This document shows, in pieces, positions 27,195 through 36,921 of a stretch of DNA of 64,000 bases (position 1 is its first letter; every line of letters starts with the position of its first letter). Position numbers and translations under genes: made by a program. A model generated the notes under the pieces. The model ran no database searches. It worked only from the letters and a program-made list of their open reading frames with translations, and was not told where the DNA came from. The stretch is from Candidatus Eiseniibacteriota bacterium (GTDB lineage: Bacteria; Eisenbacteria; RBG-16-71-46; CAZAMP01), in contig OZ245046.1 of the NCBI GenBank assembly GCA_965224245.1, forward strand, positions 4,416,001-4,480,000, in the 5' to 3' direction.

Positions 27195-28586
27195 ATGTCC
27201 GAGTCACGAGTCGAACGCGACAGCATGGGCGAGATGACGGTGCCCGGCGACGCGCTCTGGGGCGCGCAGACACAGAGGGCCGTCGAGAACTTTCCCATCT
27301 CGGGCTATCGGATGCCCCGGCCGTTCATCCGCGCGCTGGGGATGATCAAGCGGGCGGCGGCCCGCACGAACCGCGACCTCGAGCGACTCGACCCGACGCT
27401 CGCCGACTACATCGAGCAGGCCGCGAACGAGGTGATGGAGGGCGACCTCGACCCGCACTTCGTGGTGGACGTGTTCCAGACGGGCAGCGGCACGTCGACG
27501 AACATGAACGCGAACGAGGTCATCTCGAATCGTGCGATCGAGCTGGCCGGCGGCACCATCGGATCCCGCGATCCCGTCCATCCGAACGATCACGTGAACA
27601 TGGGTCAGTCCTCCAATGACGTCATCCCGACCGCGCTCCACGTGTCGGTGGCCAACTCGATCAAGACCGACCTGATCCCCGCGCTGGAGGCGCTCGCGAC
27701 CGCGCTGGACACGAAGGCGCGCGATTTCGACTCGATCATCAAGATCGGCCGCACGCATCTCCAGGACGCCACGCCGATGCGACTGGGCCAGGAGTTCTCG
27801 GGCTATGCGAGCCAGTGCCGACACGGCATCACGCGCGCCGAGCGGGCCATCGACGCCCTGTCCGAGCTCTCGATCGGCGGCACCGCCGTGGGGACCGGCA
27901 TCAACACGCACCGCGATTTCGGACGCCGCGTGGCCGCCGATCTGGCCGACGCCACCGGCATCGACTTCGTCGAGGCGGTCAACCACTTCGAGTCGCAGGC
28001 CTCCAAGGACGCCGTCTGTGAGGCATCGGGGCAGCTCAAGACGATCGCCGTGTCGTTGACCAAGATCGCCAACGACATCCGCTGGCTGGGCTCCGGTCCC
28101 CGCTGCGGACTGGGCGAGCTCCGGATCCCCGCGACACAGCCGGGCTCGAGCATCATGCCGGGCAAGGTCAACCCGGTGATGAGCGAGATGCTGATCCAGG
28201 TGAGCGCCCAGGTGATCGGCAACGACGCGGCCGTCCTGATCGGCTGCCGCGACAGCATCCTGGATCTGAACGTCATGATGCCGCTCCTGGCTCACAACAT
28301 GCTCGAGTCGGTCCGGCTGACGGCCCAGGGCGTGCGCGTGTTCACCGAGCGGTGCGTGGACGGCCTCGACGTGGATGCCGACCGCGCCAACGAGATGGTC
28401 GAGAAGTCGCTGGCGATGTGCACGTCGCTCGTTCCCCACATCGGGTACGACGAGGCCGCCGCGATCGCGAAGGAGGCGTTCGCGACCGGGCGTACCGTGC
28501 GCGATGTGGCCCTCGAGCGATCGGGTCTCAGCGAGGAGCAGCTCGCCGAGGCCCTCGATCCGCTGTCGATGACCGAGCCCGACTGA
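27195..28586 (+). CDS. fumC: Fumarate hydratase class II
   Basis: QTGSGTSTNMNANE, GRTHLQDATP, GSSIMPGKVNP. Confidence 0.95.
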   Translation: MSESRVERDSMGEMTVPGDALWGAQTQRAVENFPISGYRMPRPFIRALGMIKRAAARTNRDLERLDPTLADYIEQAANEVMEGDLDPHFVVDVFQTGSGTSTNMNANEVISNRAIELAGGTIGSRDPVHPNDHVNMGQSSNDVIPTALHVSVANSIKTDLIPALEALATALDTKARDFDSIIKIGRTHLQDATPMRLGQEFSGYASQCRHGITRAERAIDALSELSIGGTAVGTGINTHRDFGRRVAADLADATGIDFVEAVNHFESQASKDAVCEASGQLKTIAVSLTKIANDIRWLGSGPRCGLGELRIPATQPGSSIMPGKVNPVMSEMLIQVSAQVIGNDAAVLIGCRDSILDLNVMMPLLAHNMLESVRLTAQGVRVFTERCVDGLDVDADRANEMVEKSLAMCTSLVPHIGYDEAAAIAKEAFATGRTVRDVALERSGLSEEQLAEALDPLSMTEPD

Positions 28587-28607
28587 CGTCCCGAGGGTCC
28601 GCGAGCC

Positions 28608-29507
28608 TCAGAGCCAGCCCGCCTGATCGAAGACGGCGAGGACCCCGCACCCGACCGTGGCCCCGACGAGGTAGTTGCAGGCCGCGTTTGCTGGCCCGCC
28701 CCCGTAGAGGCACTTCGCGCGGGCGCCGGCGCCAGCCGCACCGCAGAGGCTCCAGAACCAGCCCGGCAGCCGTTCGAGATCGGTTCCGCCCCCGGCCGAC
28801 GACTGAATGGTGGTCGTCGCGCGGGCCGACGCGCCGCGTGCCGTCCCCCACCCTGGCGAAGTGCCGATGGCGTTGGCCTCGTTCCCCGCCTCCGAGGCGA
28901 TCGCGCTCAGGACGTCACCGTTGGCGATCTCGCCGAGCCACACCCCCAGGCGATTGGCGTCGGTCAGCGTCGAGCGTTCCGGGAACCAAGCCGGATACTC
29001 CGACACGAAGTCATCGGACGGCCGCGTCGCCGACGGGTGCGTCCACTCGCGTCGTCCGGCGCGGCTGTGAACGTACGTCTCGCGGACGCGGCCGTCGGAC
29101 AGCACGCGTCGCGAGATTCGCATGCGCTCGACGGGCGTGAACTCAATGATCACGTCCTCGCCGTCCGCGCCCAGCTCGTGCCGGATGCCGAACAGGTCAC
29201 CCGAGGCCGACACGAGCCGGATCTCGTAGCCCGCCCCGACCGCCGTGAGGTGATACGCGTACGGAGCGTCCTGGATCTCCAGGCGGGCGGTGACCTCGTG
29301 CGTGCGGGCGTCGGTCGTGACCCCGCGGAGCCGGACGTCGGCGCCCGACGGCAGCTGCCAGCTGCGAGAAGCCGCCGGCTCCGTGCCGGCGGTCGGCGGG
29401 AGGCGTCCGGGGGAGACGGGGGCGACCCCACGGGCATCCTCGCCGACCGTGGAGGCATCGCAGCCCAGGATCGTCATCGTCACGAGCACCGCTCCCATTC
29501 GTCTCAC
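28608..29507 (-). CDS. Lipoprotein with C-terminal 4-Cys hydrophobic hairpin (paralog of 29546-30388)
   Basis: AAAGGA RBS, GTG start, lipobox ILGC; core motif shared with the neighbour; tail C-x10-C-x10-C-x9-C. Confidence 0.7.
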   Translation of the reverse strand: MRRMGAVLVTMTILGCDASTVGEDARGVAPVSPGRLPPTAGTEPAASRSWQLPSGADVRLRGVTTDARTHEVTARLEIQDAPYAYHLTAVGAGYEIRLVSASGDLFGIRHELGADGEDVIIEFTPVERMRISRRVLSDGRVRETYVHSRAGRREWTHPSATRPSDDFVSEYPAWFPERSTLTDANRLGVWLGEIANGDVLSAIASEAGNEANAIGTSPGWGTARGASARATTTIQSSAGGGTDLERLPGWFWSLCGAAGAGARAKCLYGGGPANAACNYLVGATVGCGVLAVFDQAGWL

Positions 29508-29545
29508 GTTCAGTCCTTTCGTATGGTGTGGAACCCCGGGGAACG

Positions 29546-30388
29546 TCATCTCGACAGCCAGCTGGCGAGGCAGAACACGGTCGCCGCTCCCGCGCAGGCC
29601 GCGCAGATCGGCGACCCGGGCGCCGCGATGCACCCGTGCACCGTGCAGCGAACGCCGAGAAGGCACAGGAATCCGGCGAGCCGGTCTCCGGGGTCAACGG
29701 CGCCGAGCGACTCCAGGAGCGAGGTCATGGCCGGATCGGACAGGAGCTCCCGGAGGTGCCGGATCAGCGGGTTCGCATCGGTGAGCTCGGAGCCCGCCCC
29801 GAGCCAGTGGAGGTACTCCTCCTGCCAGTCGTCGCCGGCCACGCGGCCGCTCGGGAACACCCAGCTCCGCACGTCGCCGCCGCTGTGTCGATACGTCTCG
29901 ACGAGCGTGCCGTCGGGACGGACGGCGCTCTCGACGATCACGGACTCCGTGCCGGCGGCCTCGCGTACGACGATGCGCGCGTCGGCGTCGTCGCCGGCGG
30001 CTCGGTCGAGCTGGAGAGACGCCCACCGTCCGCCGGCGGCGCGCTCGAGGCGCGCCCAGGCGCGATCGGCGCCCACGTCGATCCGACCGCGATGCGGGAC
30101 GCCATCGACGTCGAGGCGAAGCTCGACCCCCGAGTCGGTCACGCGGGCGGCCCGCACGACGTATCGGGCACCGGTCAGGTGTCCGCGAAACCGGCTCGCC
30201 GCCTGGGACGTCGGGCCGTCAGCAGACGTCGAGGAGATCGTGGGGCGCTCGGTCCCGCGAGCAACGGGGGCATCGACGGCGGGAGCGCCGGACTCGCGGG
30301 TGGGGATGCGGGACGCATCGGTGTTGCATCCGGACACGATTGGCGACAGTGCGACACACGCCGCCAGCAAGCCGCTCCGAACTCTCAT
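29546..30388 (-). CDS. Lipoprotein with C-terminal 6-Cys hydrophobic hairpin (paralog of 28608-29507)
   Basis: GGAGG RBS, lipobox VSGC; shared core motif; tail C-x5-C-x4-C-x8-C-x2-C-x7-C. Confidence 0.7.
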   Translation of the reverse strand: MRVRSGLLAACVALSPIVSGCNTDASRIPTRESGAPAVDAPVARGTERPTISSTSADGPTSQAASRFRGHLTGARYVVRAARVTDSGVELRLDVDGVPHRGRIDVGADRAWARLERAAGGRWASLQLDRAAGDDADARIVVREAAGTESVIVESAVRPDGTLVETYRHSGGDVRSWVFPSGRVAGDDWQEEYLHWLGAGSELTDANPLIRHLRELLSDPAMTSLLESLGAVDPGDRLAGFLCLLGVRCTVHGCIAAPGSPICAACAGAATVFCLASWLSR

Positions 30389-30558
30389 GGATCCTCCATG
30401 GTCGAGATCGGGGAGAGGCTCTTGGGGGCGGGATCACGCGGTCTCCGGTCGCGACTGCGAACCCGAGCCCGGGGACGGCTCGTGGGGGGACCGGGACGCT
30501 AGGGCGCGCGAGCTCCGGAGTCAACGTCGAACATCCGACGATCGAGATCTCGATCCCG

Positions 30559-31908
30559 TCAGTGAGCCGGCGGCGGCGGCACCGCCCGCTCGGTGAACGA
30601 GATTCCGCACGCCGCGAGCTTCGCGAGGATCGGCTCGTAGATCGCGCGATGCGTCGGGATGTGACAGCCCGTCAATGCCAGCTCGCCCGACAGCAACGTC
30701 TCGACCGCCAGCGCCGCCGGCAGCCCGACGGTCCTGGACATGGCCGTCATGCCGCCGGGCTCGCCGTACTCGACCATCGTCGACTCGAGCCGCTCGGCCC
30801 CGTTGCCGCGATCGAAGTCCACGACGTGGTGGAGGATGACCATGTCGCGCTGGTCCGGGAGGAGCGGGAGCTTCCGCTCGATGAGATCGGTGAGCATCGC
30901 GGCCGCGGTGTCGCCCTTGCACGTGACGCGCTCGTCCGAGAAGAGACCCAGCCACCGGAGGTTCTCCATGATCCGCCCGGTCGGGCTCACGTCCAGCGCG
31001 CGCGCGACGCGCTTCTCGATCGACGAGACCGTCCCCACCAGCGGCAGGAACATCTCCAGGACCTCGCGGTAGCTCCGCTCCCGGAGCTTCGGGATCCGCA
31101 GCGTCTCGTTGGGGAGTCCGATCCGGACGAGCTTCTCCCACGTCTCGCTCCATCCGGGATAGCGCAGCGTGCCGCGCACCATCGTGTCCACCTCGGGCAG
31201 TCCGAAATGGTCCATGTACGTCAGCGAATCGCGATTCGGATACGCCTCCAGCATCCCCACGCCGTCGATCTCCACGTCCCAGGTCTGATGGAAGAGGCGC
31301 CGGTACGGCACGATCTTGATCTTGCCGTTCTGGAGATACTGTGCACCGGCAGCGCCGGCCATGACCACGTTGCGCGGATTCCAGGTGATCACGTACTTCA
31401 GGGGATTGAGGGTCTCCGACGGCGCGGGCAGGCCGGCCCCGTAGGACAGGAACCCGGTGATCCTGGCCCCCTCGTCGCGCAGCCGGTGGACGAGCGCGAG
31501 CGCCGACATGTGATCGATGCCCGGATCGAGCCCCATCTCGGTCAGGATCAGGACGTTCCGTCTGAGGGCGTCGGCGTTGATGTCGCGGATCTCGGCGCTC
31601 TCGTACGAGGCGGACACCATGTGCGAGCCGCGGCTCACGCAGTCCCAGGCCACCATCGGCTGGAACGGCGGGGCGAGCATGTTCACGACGACGTCCGAGC
31701 GACCGATCTGAGCGTCGCGCAGCGCGGCGTCGTTCACGTCGAACGCGATCGCGTCGCCCGACGGGTGATCCCGAACCGCGGCGCGCGCCTGCTCGATGTC
31801 GAGGTCGCCGACGGTGACGAACCATCCGCCGCGCTCGGCGTTGTCGAGCAGGTATCGGATGAGATAGGGCGCGCTCTTTCCGGCGCCCAGGACGAGGATC
31901 TGCTTCAC
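30559..31908 (-). CDS. Saccharopine dehydrogenase
   Basis: ILVLGAGKS, EMGLDPGIDHMSA, AYPNRDS, RGTLRYPG, AMSRTVGLP. Confidence 0.92.
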   Translation of the reverse strand: MKQILVLGAGKSAPYLIRYLLDNAERGGWFVTVGDLDIEQARAAVRDHPSGDAIAFDVNDAALRDAQIGRSDVVVNMLAPPFQPMVAWDCVSRGSHMVSASYESAEIRDINADALRRNVLILTEMGLDPGIDHMSALALVHRLRDEGARITGFLSYGAGLPAPSETLNPLKYVITWNPRNVVMAGAAGAQYLQNGKIKIVPYRRLFHQTWDVEIDGVGMLEAYPNRDSLTYMDHFGLPEVDTMVRGTLRYPGWSETWEKLVRIGLPNETLRIPKLRERSYREVLEMFLPLVGTVSSIEKRVARALDVSPTGRIMENLRWLGLFSDERVTCKGDTAAAMLTDLIERKLPLLPDQRDMVILHHVVDFDRGNGAERLESTMVEYGEPGGMTAMSRTVGLPAALAVETLLSGELALTGCHIPTHRAIYEPILAKLAACGISFTERAVPPPPAH

Positions 31909-32034
31909 GGGTCATCCTTCGAGGTTGCGGCTCGCCGGGGCCGGCGCTCCGGCCGGTTCGAATGGGCCGGTCGCGATGATACGCGCTGGGGCGTCGCGCG
32001 TCGCCCCCCGGGGGGCGAGGTCGTTTCCGCGACG

Positions 32035-33174
32035 TCAGCGGCGCGCCGCCGATGCGGCGTCCGCGAGCGAGGCGTACGCCCGGCGCAGTCGCTCCGCGGC
32101 GGCGTCCCAGCTCCGGGCGCGAGCGACCGCCACCCCACGGCGGACGAGCGACTCGGCGTGGGCCTCGGACTCGAGAACGGCCAGAAGCCGCTCGGCCACC
32201 GCGGCCCCGGCCCCCTCCGGGTCGAACCACTCGACCGCGTCGCCCGCGATCTCCCGGTGCGGGCCGATGTCGGATGCCGCGACCGGACGGCGCCTCGCGA
32301 ACGCCTCGAGCACCGTCATGCCGAAGCCCTCGTAACGCGAGGGGCACGCCACCAGCGCCGCGTGCCGGTAGGCCGACTCCAGCGCATCGTCCGTCAGCGT
32401 CCCGGTGAGAACGACGCGCGAGGTCACCCCCAGCTCGGCCGCGCGCCGCGCGAGCGCCCGGCCCGTGCCGAGGTCCCGCCCCACGAGCACCAGGCGACCC
32501 GGCCACCGATCGCCGATCGCGGCCAGCGCATCGATCAGGAGCACCTGGTTCTTGCGTGGCTCGAGGTGACCGACGCTGAGCACGTACGGTGTCTCGAACG
32601 GCGCTCGGTCGTGCGTCGCGCCGTCGGCGTCGCGCGAGTCGCCCGCGCCCTGAGGAGCGTCGACGCCGTTCGGAACCACGTGGAGACGGTCGTCGGAGAC
32701 CCCGAACAGGCGGCGCACCTCGCCGGCCGTCCACTCGGACACGGCGACGACGGCATCGGCGCGGGCGAGCGACGATCGCATGTACACGCGGTGCAAGAGC
32801 TGCCGCCCCACGCTCACGTAGCGCCGATCGACCCGGTAGCGAAGGTCGTGAACGGTGAAGAGGGTCCGGACTCCCGGCAGGTGCACCACCGGGAGCGTGT
32901 CGGTGACCCAGGCGCACGCGCCGACCGCGGCGACGCGCGGGCGCCACCAGCCGGCGCGGCTCTCCGCCCATCGGGCACCGAGCGAGCGCGCGTCGGCCAC
33001 GTCGTGGAACTCGGCGTTCGGAAGCAGCAGCCGGTCGGCTTCCGGCAGTCCGCGGGTCGTGAACACGGCGAAGCGAAACTCCGGCAGCCGCCGGTGGAGC
33101 TCCACGGCGCGGCGCTTGGCCCCGGTGGACGCCGCGCCGAACGGAAGCCAGTTGAGGGCGATGCGATCGTACAT
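32035..33174 (-). CDS. Glycosyltransferase family 4
   Basis: FTVHDL, VAVSEWT, VVPNGVD, GHLEPRKN, PSRYEGFGMTVLEA. Confidence 0.9.
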   Translation of the reverse strand: MYDRIALNWLPFGAASTGAKRRAVELHRRLPEFRFAVFTTRGLPEADRLLLPNAEFHDVADARSLGARWAESRAGWWRPRVAAVGACAWVTDTLPVVHLPGVRTLFTVHDLRYRVDRRYVSVGRQLLHRVYMRSSLARADAVVAVSEWTAGEVRRLFGVSDDRLHVVPNGVDAPQGAGDSRDADGATHDRAPFETPYVLSVGHLEPRKNQVLLIDALAAIGDRWPGRLVLVGRDLGTGRALARRAAELGVTSRVVLTGTLTDDALESAYRHAALVACPSRYEGFGMTVLEAFARRRPVAASDIGPHREIAGDAVEWFDPEGAGAAVAERLLAVLESEAHAESLVRRGVAVARARSWDAAAERLRRAYASLADAASAARR

Positions 33175-33585
33175 GGAGCTTCTCTCCGACCGGCGTCGAG
33201 CGGCCTGCAATCCGTCGGAACCGCCCACGACTCCGTGAGATCGCGTCGTCCACGCGCGCGAACGCCCACCGAGGCGTCGACGAAGTCGGTCGAGCCGTCG
33301 TAATTCCCTCTCGCGCCTGTTATGCTCTCCGCGTTCGATGGTCGTCGCGTCACATCGAGATCGACGCCCGCGACGACGTCGACGAGTGGGCGGTCGCGTG
33401 AGGGACCCGCGATCGCCCACGTCGCGTTCTCCGCGCAACGCCGAGCCGACGACGCGGTCAGAGCCTCGCCGCTTCGTTCGCGAACGCCATGCTACATTCT
33501 CGGCGAACGGCAGACCAACCGCATCCGATCCGGAGTGCCGAGAGGCGCGATCGGTTCCATCCGACCCATCCGAGGTGTTCTTCCC

Positions 33586-34371
33586 GTGACGTCCCTCACC
33601 GAGCTCGCCGAGACCGTGCTCACGTCCACGTCGCTCGACGCCAAGCTGGCGACGCCTCGAGAGCTGCCTCCGGACGTCGACCGGGGCGAGCCCCGCCCCG
33701 AGCTGCGTCCGGCCCGCCCGGCGGGCCTGGAGATCGTGTCCGCGAACGAGGCCCCGGTCCCGGGGCCGGATGGCATGACCGACCCCGATCAGCGCCCGCG
33801 CATCCTGCACGCGCTCGCCAACCACGAGCTGCAGGCCACCGAGCTCTTCGCGTGGGCGCTGTGCGCGTTCCCCGGGGCGCCGGACGCATTCCGCGCCGGG
33901 CTGGCGAAGATCCTCACCGACGAGCAGCGGCACACGCGCATGTACGTGTCCCGGCTCCGCGCGCACGGCGTCGACCTCGGCACGTTTCCGGTGAGCGGAT
34001 ACTTCTGGAACAAGGTGGACGGATTCACGTCCCCGGCGGCATTCATCTGTGCGATGTCGCTGACGTTCGAGAACGCGAACCTGGATCACACGGTGGATCT
34101 CGCCGAGCTGGCCCGGCGGGCGGGCGACGAGGCCACCGCGGCCGTGATCGACAAGGTGCACGAGGACGAGATCGAGCACGTGCGCTTCGGGTGGACGTGG
34201 CTAAACGTCTTCAAGGACGAGGACGCCGACGCGTGGGACGTGTACGCGTCGCACCTCACGTGGCCGCTCCGGCCCGCGAAGGCGGTCGGCAGGCGGTTTC
34301 ATCGCGCGGGACGCGAGGCCGCCGGTCTGTCCGCCGAGTTCATCGCGCGGCTCGAGTCATCCGGGTCGTGA
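33586..34371 (+). CDS. DUF455 ferritin-like diiron protein
   Basis: LHALANHELQATEL, DEQRH, TFENANLD, EDEIEHVRFG. Confidence 0.85.
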   Translation: MTSLTELAETVLTSTSLDAKLATPRELPPDVDRGEPRPELRPARPAGLEIVSANEAPVPGPDGMTDPDQRPRILHALANHELQATELFAWALCAFPGAPDAFRAGLAKILTDEQRHTRMYVSRLRAHGVDLGTFPVSGYFWNKVDGFTSPAAFICAMSLTFENANLDHTVDLAELARRAGDEATAAVIDKVHEDEIEHVRFGWTWLNVFKDEDADAWDVYASHLTWPLRPAKAVGRRFHRAGREAAGLSAEFIARLESSGS

Positions 34372-35540
34372 CGACGCCCCGGGTCGGGCCGCGCCTGATC
34401 GTCGCGAACCTGGACTGTGACGTCGCCTTCTCTCGACTCTCCGACCGCGACGCCGCCCCACGCACGCTCTCCGGCCCGGCCCGCGCCGCGGCGTCGGCGA
34501 GCGGGTCGCTGCTCAGGGCGTTCGCCGACCCCGGAGACCGGCTCCGTGTCCCGGGTCCGCTGGACCCGGCGCGACTGGTGGGGCCCCTCCCACCGGTGGC
34601 GCTCGAGTCCGGCGAGGAGGTCACCGGTGCGCCGTGCGTGCTCGCCTGGGCGATCACGCCGGACACCGCCGCGACGATCGACGCCGGCAGGGGCGCCTCC
34701 CGCCAGGAGGCGCCCGACACGGAGACGCTCCGGGGCCTGACACTCGTGGACCGGATCTGGCGCGCACCGCGGTCGGCTCCCGCGGTGGACGCGGTGGCCA
34801 ACCATCGTGCGACCGCGCTCGCGATCGCCCGCGAGCTGGACCTCGCGCTCGCCGATGCCGGCGTCGTGACGTCGCTGGCCGCGCTCGAGCGCCACCTCGG
34901 CGCCGCGCACCACACCGGCTCGTGGGTGGTCAAGGGCGCGCACTCGTCGGCCGGACGCGAGCGGGCGTGGATCCGCTCGCACCACGACGTCGCGGCGGGC
35001 TCGGGTGTGCGCGAGGCGATCGAGCGCCTGCTCGCCGGCCACGGCTCGCTGCTCGTGGAGCCCTGGCACGAACGCGTCGCGGACTACTCGGTCAACGGGC
35101 TCGTCACCGGCGAGGGATGGATCCCCAGCGGACCGGCGCGGGTCCGCGTGGATGGCCGGGGGGCGTTTCGCGGGATCGACGTCGGGGTCGCGATCCCCGA
35201 CACGATCGAGCGTGCGCTCGCGGACGCGTCGGCGGGTGCGGCACGCGCGCTGGCATCCCGCGGGTATCGCGGCCCGCTGGGGCTGGACGCGTGGACGTTC
35301 CGGGACGGGCCGACCGAGCGGCTGAACCCGATCGGAGAGCTGAACGCGCGGCTCACGTTCGGGCACGTCGCGCTGGCCGTCCGCGAGCGCCTGGCGCTCG
35401 ATGGGCGGACCCCGTGGCGGCTCGAGCTGCACCGGCGGGGGCCGGATGACGCACCACCCCCCGGATCCGTTCCGCTGCTCCGCGCCGGAGCGCCGGATCG
35501 GATCGCCGCCTGGATCGCGCCGATCGTCGACGGGAGCTGA
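34368..35540 (+). CDS. ATP-grasp-fold protein (putative amino acid/peptide ligase)
   Basis: WVVKGAHSSAGR, LLVEPWHERVADYS, GYRGPLGLDAW, GELNARLTFG; GTGA overlap with DUF455. Confidence 0.72.
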   Translation: MTTPRVGPRLIVANLDCDVAFSRLSDRDAAPRTLSGPARAAASASGSLLRAFADPGDRLRVPGPLDPARLVGPLPPVALESGEEVTGAPCVLAWAITPDTAATIDAGRGASRQEAPDTETLRGLTLVDRIWRAPRSAPAVDAVANHRATALAIARELDLALADAGVVTSLAALERHLGAAHHTGSWVVKGAHSSAGRERAWIRSHHDVAAGSGVREAIERLLAGHGSLLVEPWHERVADYSVNGLVTGEGWIPSGPARVRVDGRGAFRGIDVGVAIPDTIERALADASAGAARALASRGYRGPLGLDAWTFRDGPTERLNPIGELNARLTFGHVALAVRERLALDGRTPWRLELHRRGPDDAPPPGSVPLLRAGAPDRIAAWIAPIVDGS

Positions 35541-35669
35541 GACGCGCGGATCGGGTCGAGGACGACTCCTGCCCGATCCCCGGCCTCGTGCGAGGCTCGG
35601 CAATCGGTCCCCGGCTGGCGTACCATGCCCGGGATCGAGACGCGACACTCGCACACGAAGGACCCACAC

Positions 35670-36920
35670 GTGAAGCCGACGACATCCGAGCCGGACACCA
35701 TCCGGACGATTCGCAGGGCCTTTCCGGCCCTCGGACACGACACGATCTTCCTCGAGAACGCCGGTGGATCGCAGGTCCCCGCCGTCGTCGTCGACGCCGT
35801 GGGCCGGCACATGGTGGAGCGGTACGTTCAGCTGGGCGCCGGGTACGGACGCTCCCGGGCCGCAACCGCCGTGGTCGACGACGCCCACGCGTTCGCGAAC
35901 ACGCTGATGAACGGCTCCGATCGCGGCCGGGTGATCCTCGGCTCGTCGACGACGTCCCTCCTCTACACGATCGCCGACGCGTACGCGCGCGCGCTCCCGC
36001 CCGGTCGCGAGATCATCCTCGCCGAGACCGGTCACGAGGCCAACGTCGGCCCGTGGCTGCGCCTGGCCGAGCACGGGCACGAGGTCCGCTGGTGGCGCGT
36101 GGATCCGGGGTCGTTCTCGTGCCCGCTGCCGGCGCTCGAGGCGCTTCTGTCACCGCGCACCGCGATCGTGGCATTCCCACACGTCTCGAATCTCCTGGGA
36201 GACATCGTCGACGTGGCCGCCATCACCGAGCTCGCCCACGAGGCGGGCGCCCGCGTGGTCGTGGACGGCGTCGCGTTCGCCCCCCATCGCGCCATCGACG
36301 TCGCGGCGTGGGACGTGGACTGGTACGCCTACTCCACGTACAAGGTCTACGGCCCGCACATGGCCGCGCTGTACGGACGGGCCGACGCGATCGACGAACT
36401 GACCGGCCCCAATCACTTCTTCATCCCCAGGGACGAGATCCCGTACAAGTTCGAGCTGGGCGGGGCGTGTCACGAGGGGTGCGCGGGCATCCTCGCGCTC
36501 GGGGCATACCTGGACGTGCTCGCCGATCTCGCATCCGAGAAGCCCGGAGGCGCCGGCGGCGCCCGCGCCCGCGTCGAGGCGGCCTTCGAGCTGATGACGC
36601 GCTGCGAGCTGCCCGTGCAGGCGCGGCTCCTGGAGTATCTGGCCACGAAGCCGGACGTCAGCGTCGTGGGTCCCTCGGCCGCTGACGCGTCGCGGGTGTC
36701 GACGATCAGCTTCCGGCACGCCCGCCGATCGTCGCGCGAGATCACCGGGCACGTCGACCGATCGGGGATCGGGATCCGGCACGGGCACATGTACGCGTAT
36801 CGGCTCTGCCAGGCGCTCGGCATCGACGTGAGCGACGGCGTGGTGCGCGTCAGCGCCGTGCACTACAACACCGTGGACGAGATCGATCGGCTGATCGAGG
36901 TGCTCGACGACGTGCTGTGA
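35670..36920 (+). CDS. Cysteine desulfurase-like class V PLP enzyme
   Basis: FLENAGGSQVP, HEANVGPW, VDGVAFAPHRAIDV, YSTYKVYGPH, VRVSAVHYNT. Confidence 0.88.
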   Translation: MKPTTSEPDTIRTIRRAFPALGHDTIFLENAGGSQVPAVVVDAVGRHMVERYVQLGAGYGRSRAATAVVDDAHAFANTLMNGSDRGRVILGSSTTSLLYTIADAYARALPPGREIILAETGHEANVGPWLRLAEHGHEVRWWRVDPGSFSCPLPALEALLSPRTAIVAFPHVSNLLGDIVDVAAITELAHEAGARVVVDGVAFAPHRAIDVAAWDVDWYAYSTYKVYGPHMAALYGRADAIDELTGPNHFFIPRDEIPYKFELGGACHEGCAGILALGAYLDVLADLASEKPGGAGGARARVEAAFELMTRCELPVQARLLEYLATKPDVSVVGPSAADASRVSTISFRHARRSSREITGHVDRSGIGIRHGHMYAYRLCQALGIDVSDGVVRVSAVHYNTVDEIDRLIEVLDDVL

Positions 36921-36921
36921 G

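Noticed and set aside
32035-33174. GT4 glycosyltransferase as a glycocin-modifying enzyme for the Cys-tailed lipoproteins
   Set aside because: Glycocin transferases are GT2/SunS-type; this gene is separated by saccharopine dehydrogenase and looks like an ordinary envelope GT4.
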